Positions 31,816 through 44,570 of a DNA stretch of 64,000 nt are shown here, piece after piece. The notes below the pieces were generated by a model. That model was not told the origin of the DNA. It searched no databases and saw nothing but the letters and a program-made list of their open reading frames with translations. This DNA comes from Nitrospinales bacterium. Lineage in GTDB: Bacteria > Nitrospinota > Nitrospinia > Nitrospinales > VA-1. Made by a program: the position numbers and the translations under genes. The number at the start of each line of letters is the position of its first letter. The first letter of the stretch is position 1. Location of the stretch: the NCBI GenBank assembly GCA_965262115.1, contig OZ253496.1, positions 1,504,001 through 1,568,000 of the forward strand, in the 5' to 3' direction.

Positions 31816-32010
31816 TCAGTAAGGCAGCAAAGTCTTAATGCGTTTTGCGTCTCCGGCCGCCATAATGCTGGCTTTTCGCAGGTTTCTTTTTCTTTTGGTG
31901 GTTTTACTTGTCAGTATATGGCTGGTGAAAGCGCTATTCCGGCGAATTTTTCCGGTGCCTGTTTTACGAAACCGCTTGGCGGCACCTCTATTGGTTTTCA
32001 TTTTTGGCAT
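31816..32010 (-). CDS. rpmI: 50S ribosomal protein L35
   Basis: MPKMKT..GAAKRF..TGTGK. Confidence 0.98.
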   Translation of the reverse strand: MPKMKTNRGAAKRFRKTGTGKIRRNSAFTSHILTSKTTKRKRNLRKASIMAAGDAKRIKTLLPY

Positions 32011-32026
32011 TTTAAATTTACTCCGT

Positions 32027-32059
32027 GTCTATTTCTGCTTGGGTTCCTCGGCGGGTACT
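32027..32059 (-). repeat. Duplicate of the infC 3' end
   Basis: 33-bp exact match to 32109-32141. Confidence 0.92.
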
Positions 32060-32110
32060 TTTAACGGTTTGTAACCGGTAATGCCCTAACCGTCCCTCTT
32101 TTAGCTTCGT

Positions 32111-32704
32111 CTATTTCTGCTTGGGTTCCTCGGCGGGTACTGCTGCCGGTTCTGCAATCGGTTGCGCTTTAACCGAGCCCCCTTTTTTGGTTTTAGAATT
32201 TTTTGGCGCCAGAATCATGACCAACGTACGCCCTTCCTGCTTGGCCTGTTGTTCAATGACAGCCGTCTCTTCGGTTGCATCGGCAACCCGTTCCAGCACC
32301 TTCATTCCGAATTCGCGATGCACGATTTCGCGGCCCTTAAAGAAAATCACCACTTTGGCCTTGTCACCGTTTCCCAGAAACCGTTGCACATTCCGCAATT
32401 TGAAATCGAAATCATGCTGATCGGTATTAGGCCTAAACTTAACTTCCTTGACATGAATGATTTTTTGTTTTTTCTTGGCTTCGTGCGCCTTTTTGCTGTC
32501 CTTGTATTTGTGTTTGCCGTAATCCATGATGCGGCAAACAGGCGGGTTAGCGGTCGGGGCAACTTCCACAAGATCCAGGTCCATATCTTGAGCCATGCTC
32601 AGAGCTTCTTCTGTGGGCAGGGTGCCAATCGGTTCCCCGTCATCACCAATCACGGATACTTCCCGCACCCGAATCATCTTATTGATACGCTGTTTCTTAT
32701 TAAT
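32111..32704 (-). CDS. infC: Translation initiation factor IF-3, probable AUU start
   Basis: LDLVEVAP..PPVCRIMDYGK; in-frame ATT at 32704 gives (M)NKKQRINKMIR, with GGAAGG upstream. Confidence 0.95.
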   Translation of the reverse strand: MNKKQRINKMIRVREVSVIGDDGEPIGTLPTEEALSMAQDMDLDLVEVAPTANPPVCRIMDYGKHKYKDSKKAHEAKKKQKIIHVKEVKFRPNTDQHDFDFKLRNVQRFLGNGDKAKVVIFFKGREIVHREFGMKVLERVADATEETAVIEQQAKQEGRTLVMILAPKNSKTKKGGSVKAQPIAEPAAVPAEEPKQK

Positions 32705-32728
32705 TTAAATACAACCTTCCATAAAAAA

Positions 32729-34477
32729 TTAATCTTCAGATTCTATCAGCCGGGAATCTATGCCGGATTTCAGTTCATTCAGAAAGGTCTCAAAATCGAG
32801 GGTCCGGGTTTCTTTGGAACGCCGCTTGCGAACACCCAGAGTCTGGGATTCAACCTCTTTGTCCCCTAAAACAACCATATAGGGGATTTTTTGTAGTTGG
32901 GCCTCGCGTATTTTGAACCCAATCTTCTCATTTCGCAAGTCTTTTTCTACCCGAATATCCGATTCTTCAAACCGTTGGGCCAGTTTTTCAGCATATTCGG
33001 CATGATTATCGGTGATCGTACAAATAATGACCTGCACCGGGGCCAGCCAAAGCGGGAACGCGCCAGCATAATGCTCGATCAGACAACCAAAAAAACGCTC
33101 CAGCGAACCCATTAAGGCGCGGTGGAGCATGATCGGCTGATGGCGCTGCCCATCTTCTTCAATATAGCTTATGTTAAAGCGTTCGGGAAGGTTAAAATCG
33201 ACCTGCACCGTTGAAACCTGCCAATATCGGTTCAGGCTGTCCTTGATTTTGATGTCGATTTTCGGGCCATAGAAAACCCCTTCGCCGGGGTCGACCTCGA
33301 AATCCAGCTTTTTGTTGTTCAGGGCATTTTCCAGAGCTTTTGTCGCGCTTTCCCAATCCTCATCCGCGCCGACATATTTGTCCGGCTTGGTGCTCAAATA
33401 AATTTTGTATTCAAAGAATCCGAACGACTGCAGAATATAAACGATCAACTCGAGAACCTTGGTGATCTCCTCTTCAATCTGCGAAGGACGACAGAAAAGG
33501 TGAGCGTCATCCTGCGTGAACCCGCGTACGCGCAAGAGACCGTGCAGAACTCCGGATCGTTCGTAACGGTAAACCGTTCCCAACTCGGCAAATCGTATTG
33601 GCAGGTCCCGGTAACTCCGCAACTTGCTTTTATAAATCTGGATATGGAAGGGGCAGTTCATCGGCTTCATGACATACTCTTTGCCCTCAATATCCATATT
33701 GGAGAACATGTTCTCCTTATAGAACTCGGTATGGCCGCTGGTTTTCCACAGGTCGATCTTCGCCGTATGCGGACTGATCACCATCTCGTAACCGTTTTTG
33801 AAATGTTCCTTCTTCCAGAAATCTTCCATCAGGTGGCGGATGCGTGCGCCTTTCGGGTGCCAGAGAATGAGTCCCGGTCCAATTTCGTCTGCTACAGAAA
33901 ACAGGTCGAGCTCTTTACCGAGTTTGCGGTGGTCGCGCTTCTTGGCTTCTTCCAACCTTTTGAGGTGGACCCTCAGCTCTTTTTCCGTGTTCCAGGCGGT
34001 GCCGTAAATTCTTTGCAGAACCGGGTTGCGCTCGTCCCCACGCCAGTAGGCGGATGAAGTGTGAAGAAGCTTGAATGCCTTGATCTGCTTGGTCGATTCC
34101 ACATGCGGACCGCGGCAAAGGTCGGACCAGTCGCCTTGCGAGTAAACGGAGATGGGTTCTTCTACACTATCGATGATCTCGACTTTGAACTTCTCCCCCA
34201 TGTCGGTGAATTTTTTTATGGCTTCATCGCGGGAAATTTCAGTGCGCACGATCTCTAAATCTTTCGCGGCGATCTCTTTCATGCGCTTTTCGATTTTTTC
34301 CAGGTCTTCCGGGACGAAAGCCTTGTCGCGGGAGAAGTCGTAATAGAAACCGTCTTCGATCACCGGGCCGATGGTGACCTGGGTACCGGGGAACAGTTCC
34401 TGAACCGCTTGCGCCATCAAATGGGCGCAACTGTGCCGCAGCGTTTCCAAATCTACCTGGTTTGGGTTGCTCGACAT
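32729..34477 (-). CDS. thrS: Threonine-tRNA ligase (no N-terminal TGS domain)
   Basis: RHSCAH, DLCRGPH, RDHRKLG, KPMNCP, GSLERF. Confidence 0.98.
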   Translation of the reverse strand: MSSNPNQVDLETLRHSCAHLMAQAVQELFPGTQVTIGPVIEDGFYYDFSRDKAFVPEDLEKIEKRMKEIAAKDLEIVRTEISRDEAIKKFTDMGEKFKVEIIDSVEEPISVYSQGDWSDLCRGPHVESTKQIKAFKLLHTSSAYWRGDERNPVLQRIYGTAWNTEKELRVHLKRLEEAKKRDHRKLGKELDLFSVADEIGPGLILWHPKGARIRHLMEDFWKKEHFKNGYEMVISPHTAKIDLWKTSGHTEFYKENMFSNMDIEGKEYVMKPMNCPFHIQIYKSKLRSYRDLPIRFAELGTVYRYERSGVLHGLLRVRGFTQDDAHLFCRPSQIEEEITKVLELIVYILQSFGFFEYKIYLSTKPDKYVGADEDWESATKALENALNNKKLDFEVDPGEGVFYGPKIDIKIKDSLNRYWQVSTVQVDFNLPERFNISYIEEDGQRHQPIMLHRALMGSLERFFGCLIEHYAGAFPLWLAPVQVIICTITDNHAEYAEKLAQRFEESDIRVEKDLRNEKIGFKIREAQLQKIPYMVVLGDKEVESQTLGVRKRRSKETRTLDFETFLNELKSGIDSRLIESED

Positions 34478-34528
34478 TTTTTAAAGTTTCCAGGCCCCCT
34501 CTTTAATCAAGGAGGTCCAATCCTGTTT

Positions 34529-34639
34529 GTCATCGCGAGCGACTAATTAAGGAGCGTGGCGATCCAGGTTTTAACCAAAGGTTTAAATTCCAGACTCAGA
34601 ACCTGGATTGCTTCGTCGCCGGTGGTTCCTCGCAATGAC
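34529..34639. repeat. REP-like family C element, uninterrupted copy
   Basis: GTCATCGCGAGCGAC..GGAGCGTGGCGATCC..GGATTGCTTCGTCGC..TCCTCGCAATGAC. Confidence 0.85.
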
Positions 34640-34754
34640 GATTGAATTGTTTTTCATTTCCCCGGGACGATGTCCGGAAAATGAAAAGGCACCATACGCA
34701 CCGGCATGATGCCCAGCTTAGGCCGTTGAGGCCGATTAAAAAATTAAAACCCGC

Positions 34755-34825
34755 AGATTCTTCACTACGTTCAGAATGACATACTAAAATCTCTTAATTG
34801 TCATGCTGAGTTTATCGAAGCATCT
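34755..34825. repeat. REP-like pair (AGATTCTTC..CAGAATGAC / GTCATGCTGAG..GAAGCATCT)
   Basis: Imperfect inverted pair, related to the host repeats at 12651-12708. Confidence 0.7.
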
Positions 34826-34859
34826 CGCTTTTCTGCCTTTTGTAAAGGTCTTTAAAAAA

Positions 34860-34931
34860 TAGGCACGGGCGGTTTCGAACCGCCGACCCCTTGCATGTCA
34901 AGCAAGTACTCTACCCCTGAGCTACGCGCCT
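34860..34931 (-). tRNA. tRNA-Val(GAC), CCA not encoded
   Basis: AGGCGCG..TAGCTCAG, anticodon arm CTTGC-TTGACAT-GCAAG, GGTTCGAAACC. Confidence 0.96.
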
Positions 34932-35145
34932 GAAAAATCAGTGAAGGCTATTCTAAATGCAGTTGCTCATTTGGTCAAGCCCCTACTGGGCGTAGGGCCA
35001 GCACTGCATTGCTCGTATAGCGGACGGAACACTCAAGCGCAATACTTTAATTGATCGTCCTCCTTACAAGAGGGAAAATGGCGACCCTATTTTTACTTGG
35101 TAATTATCACTCCAGTTATGCTAAAAGGTGGTGGTCGTCTGTTGT

Positions 35146-35265
35146 TCAGGCTACTTTAACCTGGCACGATTTCGGTTTAGTCCGCTTATGTGGCTTTACC
35201 GGAACCGTTTTCGGGCCAGGCTTTCGAGTAGTTCGAACGGTTCGTGCAACTTTTCGACAAGTCAT
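35146..35265 (-). CDS. Small basic 39-aa protein, not in the ORF track
   Basis: AAAGGAG RBS; MTCRKVARTVRTTRKPGPKTVPVKPHKRTKPKSCQVKVA. Confidence 0.55.
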   Translation of the reverse strand: MTCRKVARTVRTTRKPGPKTVPVKPHKRTKPKSCQVKVA

Positions 35266-35390
35266 ACGATACTCCTTTCAAATTAAACTCGGAAATTTGG
35301 CTTGCCACCCCTGAGGCTCCTTTGTCTCCCCTTATTTAGGCATTGGGCTCATGGGTTGAAAGGGTGACGGCTACCACCCACAACATTTTT

Positions 35391-36569
35391 TTATCTTAAA
35401 AATGAATAACCTTTTCCTTTTGGAAGATCCTTTATTTTCTGGAAAAACTCGGTCTCGGTAATTTTTGTTGGCCAATCTAAATTAACACTCAATAAAAAGC
35501 CATCATTAGTTTTATTGGCACTGATTGCATTCAGCCCGATCAGGTTGTTTAAATCTCTTACCAGGGCTGCGTAAGGTGAAGTGAGTTTACCGTAATAAAT
35601 TAGCGTCCTGTCTATCACCTCTACCAGTGTCAATGGCTCGTCTAATAAAACTGTAAGGACATTTAGCTGGCGCTTGGCGAGCACTTTTTTTTCTTTGAAT
35701 GAAGCCGCTTGAACAAGGTGTATGCCATGCCCATGAAAAGCTCTTTGGAAACTTCCTTGCGAATCTGAGAGAGCAGACGTTTGCTTTGAATTTCTATGCC
35801 CTTTAACCCAAAAATCAAGAAGGAAGTTAAATCAAAATTTTCGGCCCGGGTTTTTGCCAGAGTTGCTAAATAGTTATTTTTTTCATCGTAATAATAATTC
35901 GACATGGCAATGAAACAGGTGTCACGCAGTCCTGCTCTTTGCAGCATCAATGCCTCAAGGCAGCGCGCTGTACGACCATTTCCATCCAGAAAAGGGTGCA
36001 TAGAAGCCATGTGAAAATGGGCGGCAAGGGCCTGAACTAATAGGTCGTGCTCGGAGTATTCTCGGTTGATTGCTTTTACTAATAAGGAAAAAGCCGCTTC
36101 ACATTCTTTGCCTCCATCTGCGCCACGATGTTTTGGAGACCCAAAATTAACATTCTGGTCTTGGGAACGGATCACAGGGAGGACAATGATCATCGTCTGC
36201 ACCCGTCACAATGAGCCGATGTATTTCAGTTATCAAGTATTCATTAACGGGTTGCTCATCTGGAACTTTTGTAAGCCATTGATAGGCCTTTAAAGCGGCA
36301 TGGGCCTGCCGTTGTGATCTGGTGATTAGCTCTTCAGGGGACTCCTGTAGTGCATCCTCTAATTCCCTTTCGGTAAAATCCGCGCCCTCAATTCGGGAGG
36401 TCCCAGCCACTTCCCGTTTTAATTCCATTTTTTGCAAAGAATCCACCCATCGTTTTTGGTACGGGATAGCGCCAAGGGAAATAACGGCAGCCTTGGCATT
36501 TACCAAGGCATTTGATATGGCTTGAGAGTCATATTTGATCCAGTTTTCGGGCATGTTATATTTAATCAT
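35391..36569 (-). pseudogene. Fic family protein with two frameshifts (near 36175 and in a T8 run at 35685-35692)
   Basis: Three consecutive frames join: GTSRIEGA, HPFLDGNGRTAR, C-terminal domain. Confidence 0.85.
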
Positions 36570-36576
36570 TTTTAAC

Positions 36577-36605
36577 ATTATATTTTTGTTTTATTTTAAA
36601 GTCAA
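36577..36605 (-). promoter_or_regulatory. sigma70 promoter for a probably leaderless Fic transcript
   Basis: TTGACT, 17 bp, TATAAT; ATG 7 nt downstream. Confidence 0.7.
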
Positions 36606-36840
36606 GTTTTAATAAGTCTTTTATTTAAAAGAATTTATAAAATATTTTACAAATATATTTATAGTTTATTTTTAATTTATATTAACTTAATATATTCAAC
36701 ATTTCCTATAGATATCTAGTTAAAAACAAATTGTGCAGCAAAAAAGGAGCTAATAAACGATTAAAAATTAAAGGAAAACTATCTTGATTTGCCAGGGGAA
36801 TGGGAGGCGAGGAGGGGTGGGGATTGCCTGTTTTTGCTTA

Positions 36841-36864
36841 CCTGCCTCCCTAATGGGAGGCAGG
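36841..36864. terminator. GC hairpin after thiC
   Basis: CCTGCCTCCC-TAAT-GGGAGGCAGG. Confidence 0.55.
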
Positions 36865-36890
36865 GTTTTAGAGCTGGGCGATCTATGCGG

Positions 36891-39470
<2,580 letters not shown>

Positions 39471-39475
<5 letters not shown>

Positions 39476-39506
39476 AGCTCAATCAGGCCATCCAGCGGGC
39501 TGCTGG
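39471..39506 (-). repeat. Duplicate of the thiG 3' end
   Basis: 35/36 identity with 39682-39717. Confidence 0.92.
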
Positions 39507-39517
39507 ATGAACAAATC

Positions 39518-39634
39518 GTCATCGCGAGCGACTGTGTGAAATTCTTCATTTGCCTTCATGCCCCGAAGGGGTAAAAGGAGCGCGGCGATCCGGGTTTCTG
39601 GATTGCTTCGTCGCGGTTAGCTCCTCGCAATGAC
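39518..39634. repeat. Family C element carrying a family A unit (39535-39573)
   Basis: Left part near-identical to 43352-43425. Confidence 0.88.
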
Positions 39635-39682
39635 GGGTTATAAAAAGTTCTTGTTTTTGGCGGCACAGAAGTCATCATAAGA

Positions 39683-40465
39683 TCACAGCTCAATCAGGCC
39701 ATCCAGCGGGCTGCTGGCTGAGGCATAAAGTTTTTTAGGGATGCGTCCGGCTTCATAAGCCAGTCGGCCGGACTCCACCGCCATTTTCATAGCTAATGCC
39801 ATCTTGTACGGCTCTTTCGCGCTGGCGATGGCAGTGTTCATCAAGATTCCTGAAACGCCGAGTTCCATGGCGCGGCTGGCATCGGAGGCGGTGCCAACCC
39901 CGGCATCGATGATGACCGGCACCTTGACCGCTTCTAAAATCAGTTTGATGTTATACGGGTTGCGAATGCCGAGGCCGGAGCCGATCGGCGCCGCCAGTGG
40001 CATGACTGCGGCGCAACCGATGTCTTCGAGTTTTTTGCAGAGCACGACATCGTCGGTGCAATAAGGCAGAACATGAAAGCCGTCTTTGACTAATAGTTTA
40101 GAAGCCTCCAGCGTGGCTTCGTTGTCGGGGAACAGAGTTTTCTCGTCACCGATGACTTCTACCTTGACGATGTTTCCCAGTCTCGCTTCCCGCGCCAGTT
40201 CGCAAGTCATCACCGCCTCTTTCAGCGTGTAGCATCCGGCGGTGTTGGGCAGAAAAGTGTATTTTTTTGGGTCGAGATGATTGAGTATGGAGTCTTTATT
40301 TTTGTCCAGCTCAATGCGGCGAACGGCGACCGTCACAATTTCGGCGCCGGAAATTTCGATAGCCTGTCGGGTTTCGTCGAAGGATTTATATTTCCCGGTC
40401 CCTACAATCAGCCTGGACTTGAAGGTCTTGTCGCCAATTTTCATGAATTCTTGTTTTGTGTTCAT
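39683..40465 (-). CDS. thiG: Thiazole synthase
   Basis: [36 protein letters not shown]. Confidence 0.97.
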   Translation of the reverse strand: MNTKQEFMKIGDKTFKSRLIVGTGKYKSFDETRQAIEISGAEIVTVAVRRIELDKNKDSILNHLDPKKYTFLPNTAGCYTLKEAVMTCELAREARLGNIVKVEVIGDEKTLFPDNEATLEASKLLVKDGFHVLPYCTDDVVLCKKLEDIGCAAVMPLAAPIGSGLGIRNPYNIKLILEAVKVPVIIDAGVGTASDASRAMELGVSGILMNTAIASAKEPYKMALAMKMAVESGRLAYEAGRIPKKLYASASSPLDGLIEL

Positions 40466-40489
40466 ATTGCCAGTTTTAAAAAATTAAAA

Positions 40490-40693
40490 TTAAATTCCAC
40501 CACCGACGGCATGCACAATTTCAACCTCGTCGTTTTCCTGGATCGGGGTTGCGGCGTATTTGGATTTTGGAACGACTTGCTGGTTAAGGGCCATGGCGAA
40601 ATTTGGGGCCTGAATATCGAGCTCGCGAGCCAGGTCCTCAAGGTTCTGGCTTTTCAGGATTTCGCGGTTTTCGCCATTAATCGTCAGTTTCAT
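40490..40693 (-). CDS. thiS: Sulfur carrier protein
   Basis: 67 aa, INGE, EIVHAVGGG. Confidence 0.93.
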   Translation of the reverse strand: MKLTINGENREILKSQNLEDLARELDIQAPNFAMALNQQVVPKSKYAATPIQENDEVEIVHAVGGGI

Positions 40694-40808
40694 AGGATAC
40701 GCTCCAGAAAAAGGACAAGGTCCAGTCCAAAATATCCGTTAAATCAATAAGACAAGACTAAAATCGCGGATCAAATGCAGGAGGGATTCTTAAAGGAAGG
40801 GCGGACAT

Positions 40809-40845
40809 AAAAAAAGCCGCATCCCAACCTTGGAGGAAATGCAGC
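40809..40845 (-). terminator. Riboswitch-associated intrinsic terminator
   Basis: GCTGCATTTC..GGGATGCGGC followed by U7, just after the TPP aptamer. Confidence 0.75.
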
Positions 40846-40866
40846 GTATCTATTGTAAGATGGCCT

Positions 40867-40950
40867 CACTTCCCTTCGCTGGCATGATCCAGATCAGGTT
40901 CAAAGGGTCGTCCTGTTTTAGGACTCTCAGTTCAAAAACGCCCCCAGTGT
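40867..40950 (-). ncRNA. TPP riboswitch
   Basis: GGGGG..CTGAGA..ACCCTTTGAACCTGATCTGGATCATGCCAGCGAAGGGAA upstream of thiSGEC. Confidence 0.95.
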
Positions 40951-41023
40951 TCGTGACGAGTCTAGGTTATTTCATATTTCCTACAAGTCAACAATTATTG
41001 ACGTAAAAATAAAAAAGAGTAAT

Positions 41024-42220
41024 ATGCACATTATGTTTCCCACACTCCTGTTGCGCGTTTTGTTAATGGTTCTCCTTTTTGGGATCAGTGGTTGCGTCAC
41101 CCGCTCGGCGCCTGTAAATCCCCATTTTGAGATGCCACCCGAGAATCTGCCTAAAGCGCAGCTGGAGCTGTATAACCGCGCCATGGCGCAACTAAAAAAC
41201 AATCAACTCGACAACTCGATTGATCTCTGGAAACAGTTTTTGCAAAACAACCCGAGGTCGTTCAGGGGCCATAACAACCTTGGCATGGCGTTTTATTCCA
41301 GTGACCAACTGGCACCCGCCGTGACCTCTTTTGAAACCGCTCTGGCTCTGGAACCTTTTGACACTAAGATCAAGGATAATCTGAAAAGAGCATTACGGTT
41401 TCAGGTCACAATTTTGCGGGAGAACAAGGATTTTGAAACAGCTATCGAGCATCTCGAAAGGGTGAAAAAACTCACCGATCTTGGGGGAAAAGAGAAAGTG
41501 GCGCTGAAGATAGAAACCCTCCAGGACCTTATCTACGAGCAGGTCAAGCGGGCCAACACGTTGGAAGATTATGAAGCGTTTGTGGCGAAATATCCCGACA
41601 ACCCGAAAAACTCTGATGAGGCCCGGCGTCTGATTGCCAAAATTAAGCCGGAAGAATCCCTGTTGGGAGAATTTCCGGAAATGCAGGGAGACATGTTGCC
41701 CGACCCTGTGCAACGAACCACCCAGACCCGAGAGGAGGTTTTTGTCCCCGAGCCGATGGGAGAGAGCCGTGTTCCTATTGCTTCCGCGCCTGTGCGCAGG
41801 GAATCGATAGAAATCGTGGCGGAAACAAAACGGTCTGTTGATGAGGAAGAGTTTTTCGAGGAGACACTGGATGAGAGGTTGGAACCTGTGGTGGAAGAAG
41901 CTACGCCAAAATCGTCAGCAATGGAGCGGCCTCAAAGAACCGAACCGATTGTGGATCCGGATATGGAAATGAAACGGGAAACACCTTCGATTGCCGCTCC
42001 GGTCGAGGAACCTGTGCCAACAAAACGGGTGCGGGTCACGACCCAAAATGCCTCGCTTCGAGTGTGGGCAAAACCGGATGCCCGGTCTACAGTGATGTCC
42101 CAGATCCCCAAAAATTCGGTTGTGCCGGTTTTTCAGGATACCGACAAGTGGTTCCAGATTGAGTACCAAAAAGGCAAGAAGGGCTGGATCTCCAAAAAAT
42201 ATTCCCGGCTGGTAAATTAA
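41024..42220 (+). CDS. Lipoprotein with N-terminal TPRs and C-terminal SH3-like domain
   Basis: ISGC lipobox, HNNLGMAF TPR, LRV..KP...WFQI...GWIS. Confidence 0.8.
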   Translation: MHIMFPTLLLRVLLMVLLFGISGCVTRSAPVNPHFEMPPENLPKAQLELYNRAMAQLKNNQLDNSIDLWKQFLQNNPRSFRGHNNLGMAFYSSDQLAPAVTSFETALALEPFDTKIKDNLKRALRFQVTILRENKDFETAIEHLERVKKLTDLGGKEKVALKIETLQDLIYEQVKRANTLEDYEAFVAKYPDNPKNSDEARRLIAKIKPEESLLGEFPEMQGDMLPDPVQRTTQTREEVFVPEPMGESRVPIASAPVRRESIEIVAETKRSVDEEEFFEETLDERLEPVVEEATPKSSAMERPQRTEPIVDPDMEMKRETPSIAAPVEEPVPTKRVRVTTQNASLRVWAKPDARSTVMSQIPKNSVVPVFQDTDKWFQIEYQKGKKGWISKKYSRLVN

Positions 42221-42369
42221 CCCCCTTCATCCAATTAGCTGATTCCTCCATCCATTACTGGATGTTATCCAGAAGTGTTGTTTGCTGTGATTCGAGTTGA
42301 CCCGGTTTGACCGCATGAATATAATCCGTTATTGGCAGGTAATTTAGATATCGAACTATTTGGAGAATT

Positions 42370-43337
42370 ATGGCAACGATTGATAAGGAAGAACTGGATG
42401 CATTGATCCAGAGCGAGTGGGATTATCTGGAATCCAAAAGAGGCGAGTGGAGCCTTCTTGAAGGGAAACAGGATATGGAAGTGCTGGAACATGTCTTGCG
42501 CTGTATCCTGCATATGGATTTGACCGAAGAAAAACCCCGCGAATTCAAAGAGTGCGTCAAGGTGCAAAACCCGGATGGCGGCTGGTCTAAAGAATCCCAC
42601 ACCGAAAAACTTCGATGTGGATCACGACTTTTGTTGGGCTCAAACTCTGCCGGGGTAATATGGCTCTCAAAGATCCGGAAATTCAAGTGACCGTTGATAA
42701 GACTCTGGAATATGTCCTGTCCATGCAGGAAGAAGACGGGCATTGGTCCGATGCTGAATGGTCTCATCTGGATACGACCTGTTCGGTCACGTGCTTTCTG
42801 ACCATCTATCAGGTCACTCAGGACAAGACCGATGACGAACGCATCAACAAAGCTCGTGTTAGAGGCTTCGAGTTTATCAAGGAATGGCAAAAGGATTCAG
42901 GACTCTGGAAAGATGAAACGTTCCATCCGGCAGGTATCGAAACCACGGCGCATTTAATGCAGTACACTCTGGTTCCCGCCTACTTCATGGACAAAATCGA
43001 GTATGCCGGAAAAATGTGCATGCAGGCGGCCGACTCCCTCGTGGCGGAACAAGCCGCAAACGGCAGTTGGGATAATGAAAATAATGACCACACCATGGAT
43101 GCCTGTCGTAACCTGATGCTGGTGTCGGACACCTTCAAGGATAAGGAAAAATACACGCCGATTATTGAAAAAGGGGTGCGCTGGCTGATCGATATTAAAA
43201 ATGAGCAGGGCTGGGGAGACTTCCCCGAGGAACCGAGCAACGTGGAACGCAGCGCAGATGGACTGGATACCCTGCTCAAATACCGGCGCTACTGCTCCAG
43301 CAAACCGATGTCCGATTTCTGGGCTTTTTCTAAATAA
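42370..43337 (+). pseudogene. Prenyltransferase/squalene-cyclase (QW) repeat protein, frameshifted at A5 (42605-42609); may be an error
   Basis: QNPDGGW, QEEDGHW, QKDSGLW, QAANGSW repeats; one extra A joins the two ORFs. Confidence 0.78.
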
Positions 43338-43351
43338 CCCCTTCAGTATTC

Positions 43352-43507
43352 GTCATCGCGAGCGACTGTGTGAAATTCTTCATTTGCCTTCATGCCCCGA
43401 AGGGGTAAAAGGAGCGTGGCGATCCAGACTTCTGGATTTACCCTTTCAGGGCACGAAAGCTTGGGAAGAATATCTCGGCTTCGTCGCTGTTGGCTCCTCG
43501 CAATGAC
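43352..43507. repeat. Family C element carrying two family A units (43369-43407, 43439-43477)
   Basis: Removing both 39-mers restores the arms seen at 34529-34639. Confidence 0.9.
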
Positions 43508-43560
43508 GTGCTATGCAAGGGTTTCCCTGTCAAGGGGTGTCAAGCTGGTAGAGGTTTTTT

Positions 43561-44316
43561 GTGGAAGCAATCATATTACTTGCCGGTTACGGCTCACGTC
43601 TGGATCGGCAAGATCTTGCTCATAAAGCGCTGCTGCCTTTCGGCGAGGAGACACTGCTTTCCCGCCACTTGAAATGCCTCAAAGCTCTGGGCATTCAGAA
43701 AACCCATCTCATCCTGGGTCATAATGCTCCGGTGCTGAAATCCTATGTGCAGGAACTCAACCTCGATCTGCCGGTACATTTCATTGATAACCCGGTCTAC
43801 CGCACCACCGGCAACACATTGTCGATGGTGATGGGACTCAAACACTGCCAGGACGAAACATTGATTCTCGATGGCGATGTATTGTATCCGCCCGAGGCCC
43901 TGCTCAATTATGTCCAAAAAGCGTCGCGCTCTTCATTTGCGTTGATACCTGCTGATATCGACGACGCTGAATGCGCGAAAGTATTGTTGAATCCATCAGG
44001 AACCATCCACGCTTTCATCACCAAACGAGAACTGACCGACGAGGAAAAATCCGGTTTCAGTTTTGGTGGCGAGGCTATAGGATTTTTCATGCTGCGCCAG
44101 GAAGATGTCCCCCGGTTTGTCGCCCTGTATGAAAATAATGAGTCCGCCTACCGACCCGTCCTTTGGGAAATCCCGTTCACCGAGTTTGCCCGAAACACCT
44201 CCCTGCATCCCTGGAACGTTGAGGAAGAAGGCTGTTTTGAAATAGACACCCAAGAGGACTACTCCACCGCATTGAAGCGCTTTCAATCCCACCCGGATCA
44301 ATACCAGCTCCCATAG
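43561..44316 (+). CDS. NTP transferase (phosphocholine/sugar-phosphate cytidylyltransferase-like)
   Basis: LAGYGSRL..K.LL, DGDV, EIDT.ED. Confidence 0.82.
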   Translation: MEAIILLAGYGSRLDRQDLAHKALLPFGEETLLSRHLKCLKALGIQKTHLILGHNAPVLKSYVQELNLDLPVHFIDNPVYRTTGNTLSMVMGLKHCQDETLILDGDVLYPPEALLNYVQKASRSSFALIPADIDDAECAKVLLNPSGTIHAFITKRELTDEEKSGFSFGGEAIGFFMLRQEDVPRFVALYENNESAYRPVLWEIPFTEFARNTSLHPWNVEEEGCFEIDTQEDYSTALKRFQSHPDQYQLP

Positions 44317-44570
44317 CTAATAAAGTACAAATAAGTTAAAAAACTGTATGATTTTTAACATTTTATATTATTAATTATAATAATTTATCAGTTTTTGGAT
44401 AAATTTAAATTTTTGTTTAAATTTTTTCTCAGTTTTTAAGAAAAATTTCCTCTTTAAATACAAAAGGTTAGATACATCTCTCCCAAGTCCTCCCGAAAAC
44501 TTTTGTTTATTGGTATCTTTTTTACTTTTTAATTGTGGTTCCCAGGATTTAAGGAAACCGGTTTTGATCC

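Noticed and set aside
42370..43337. Squalene-hopene cyclase
   Set aside because: About half the expected length and no DxDD motif
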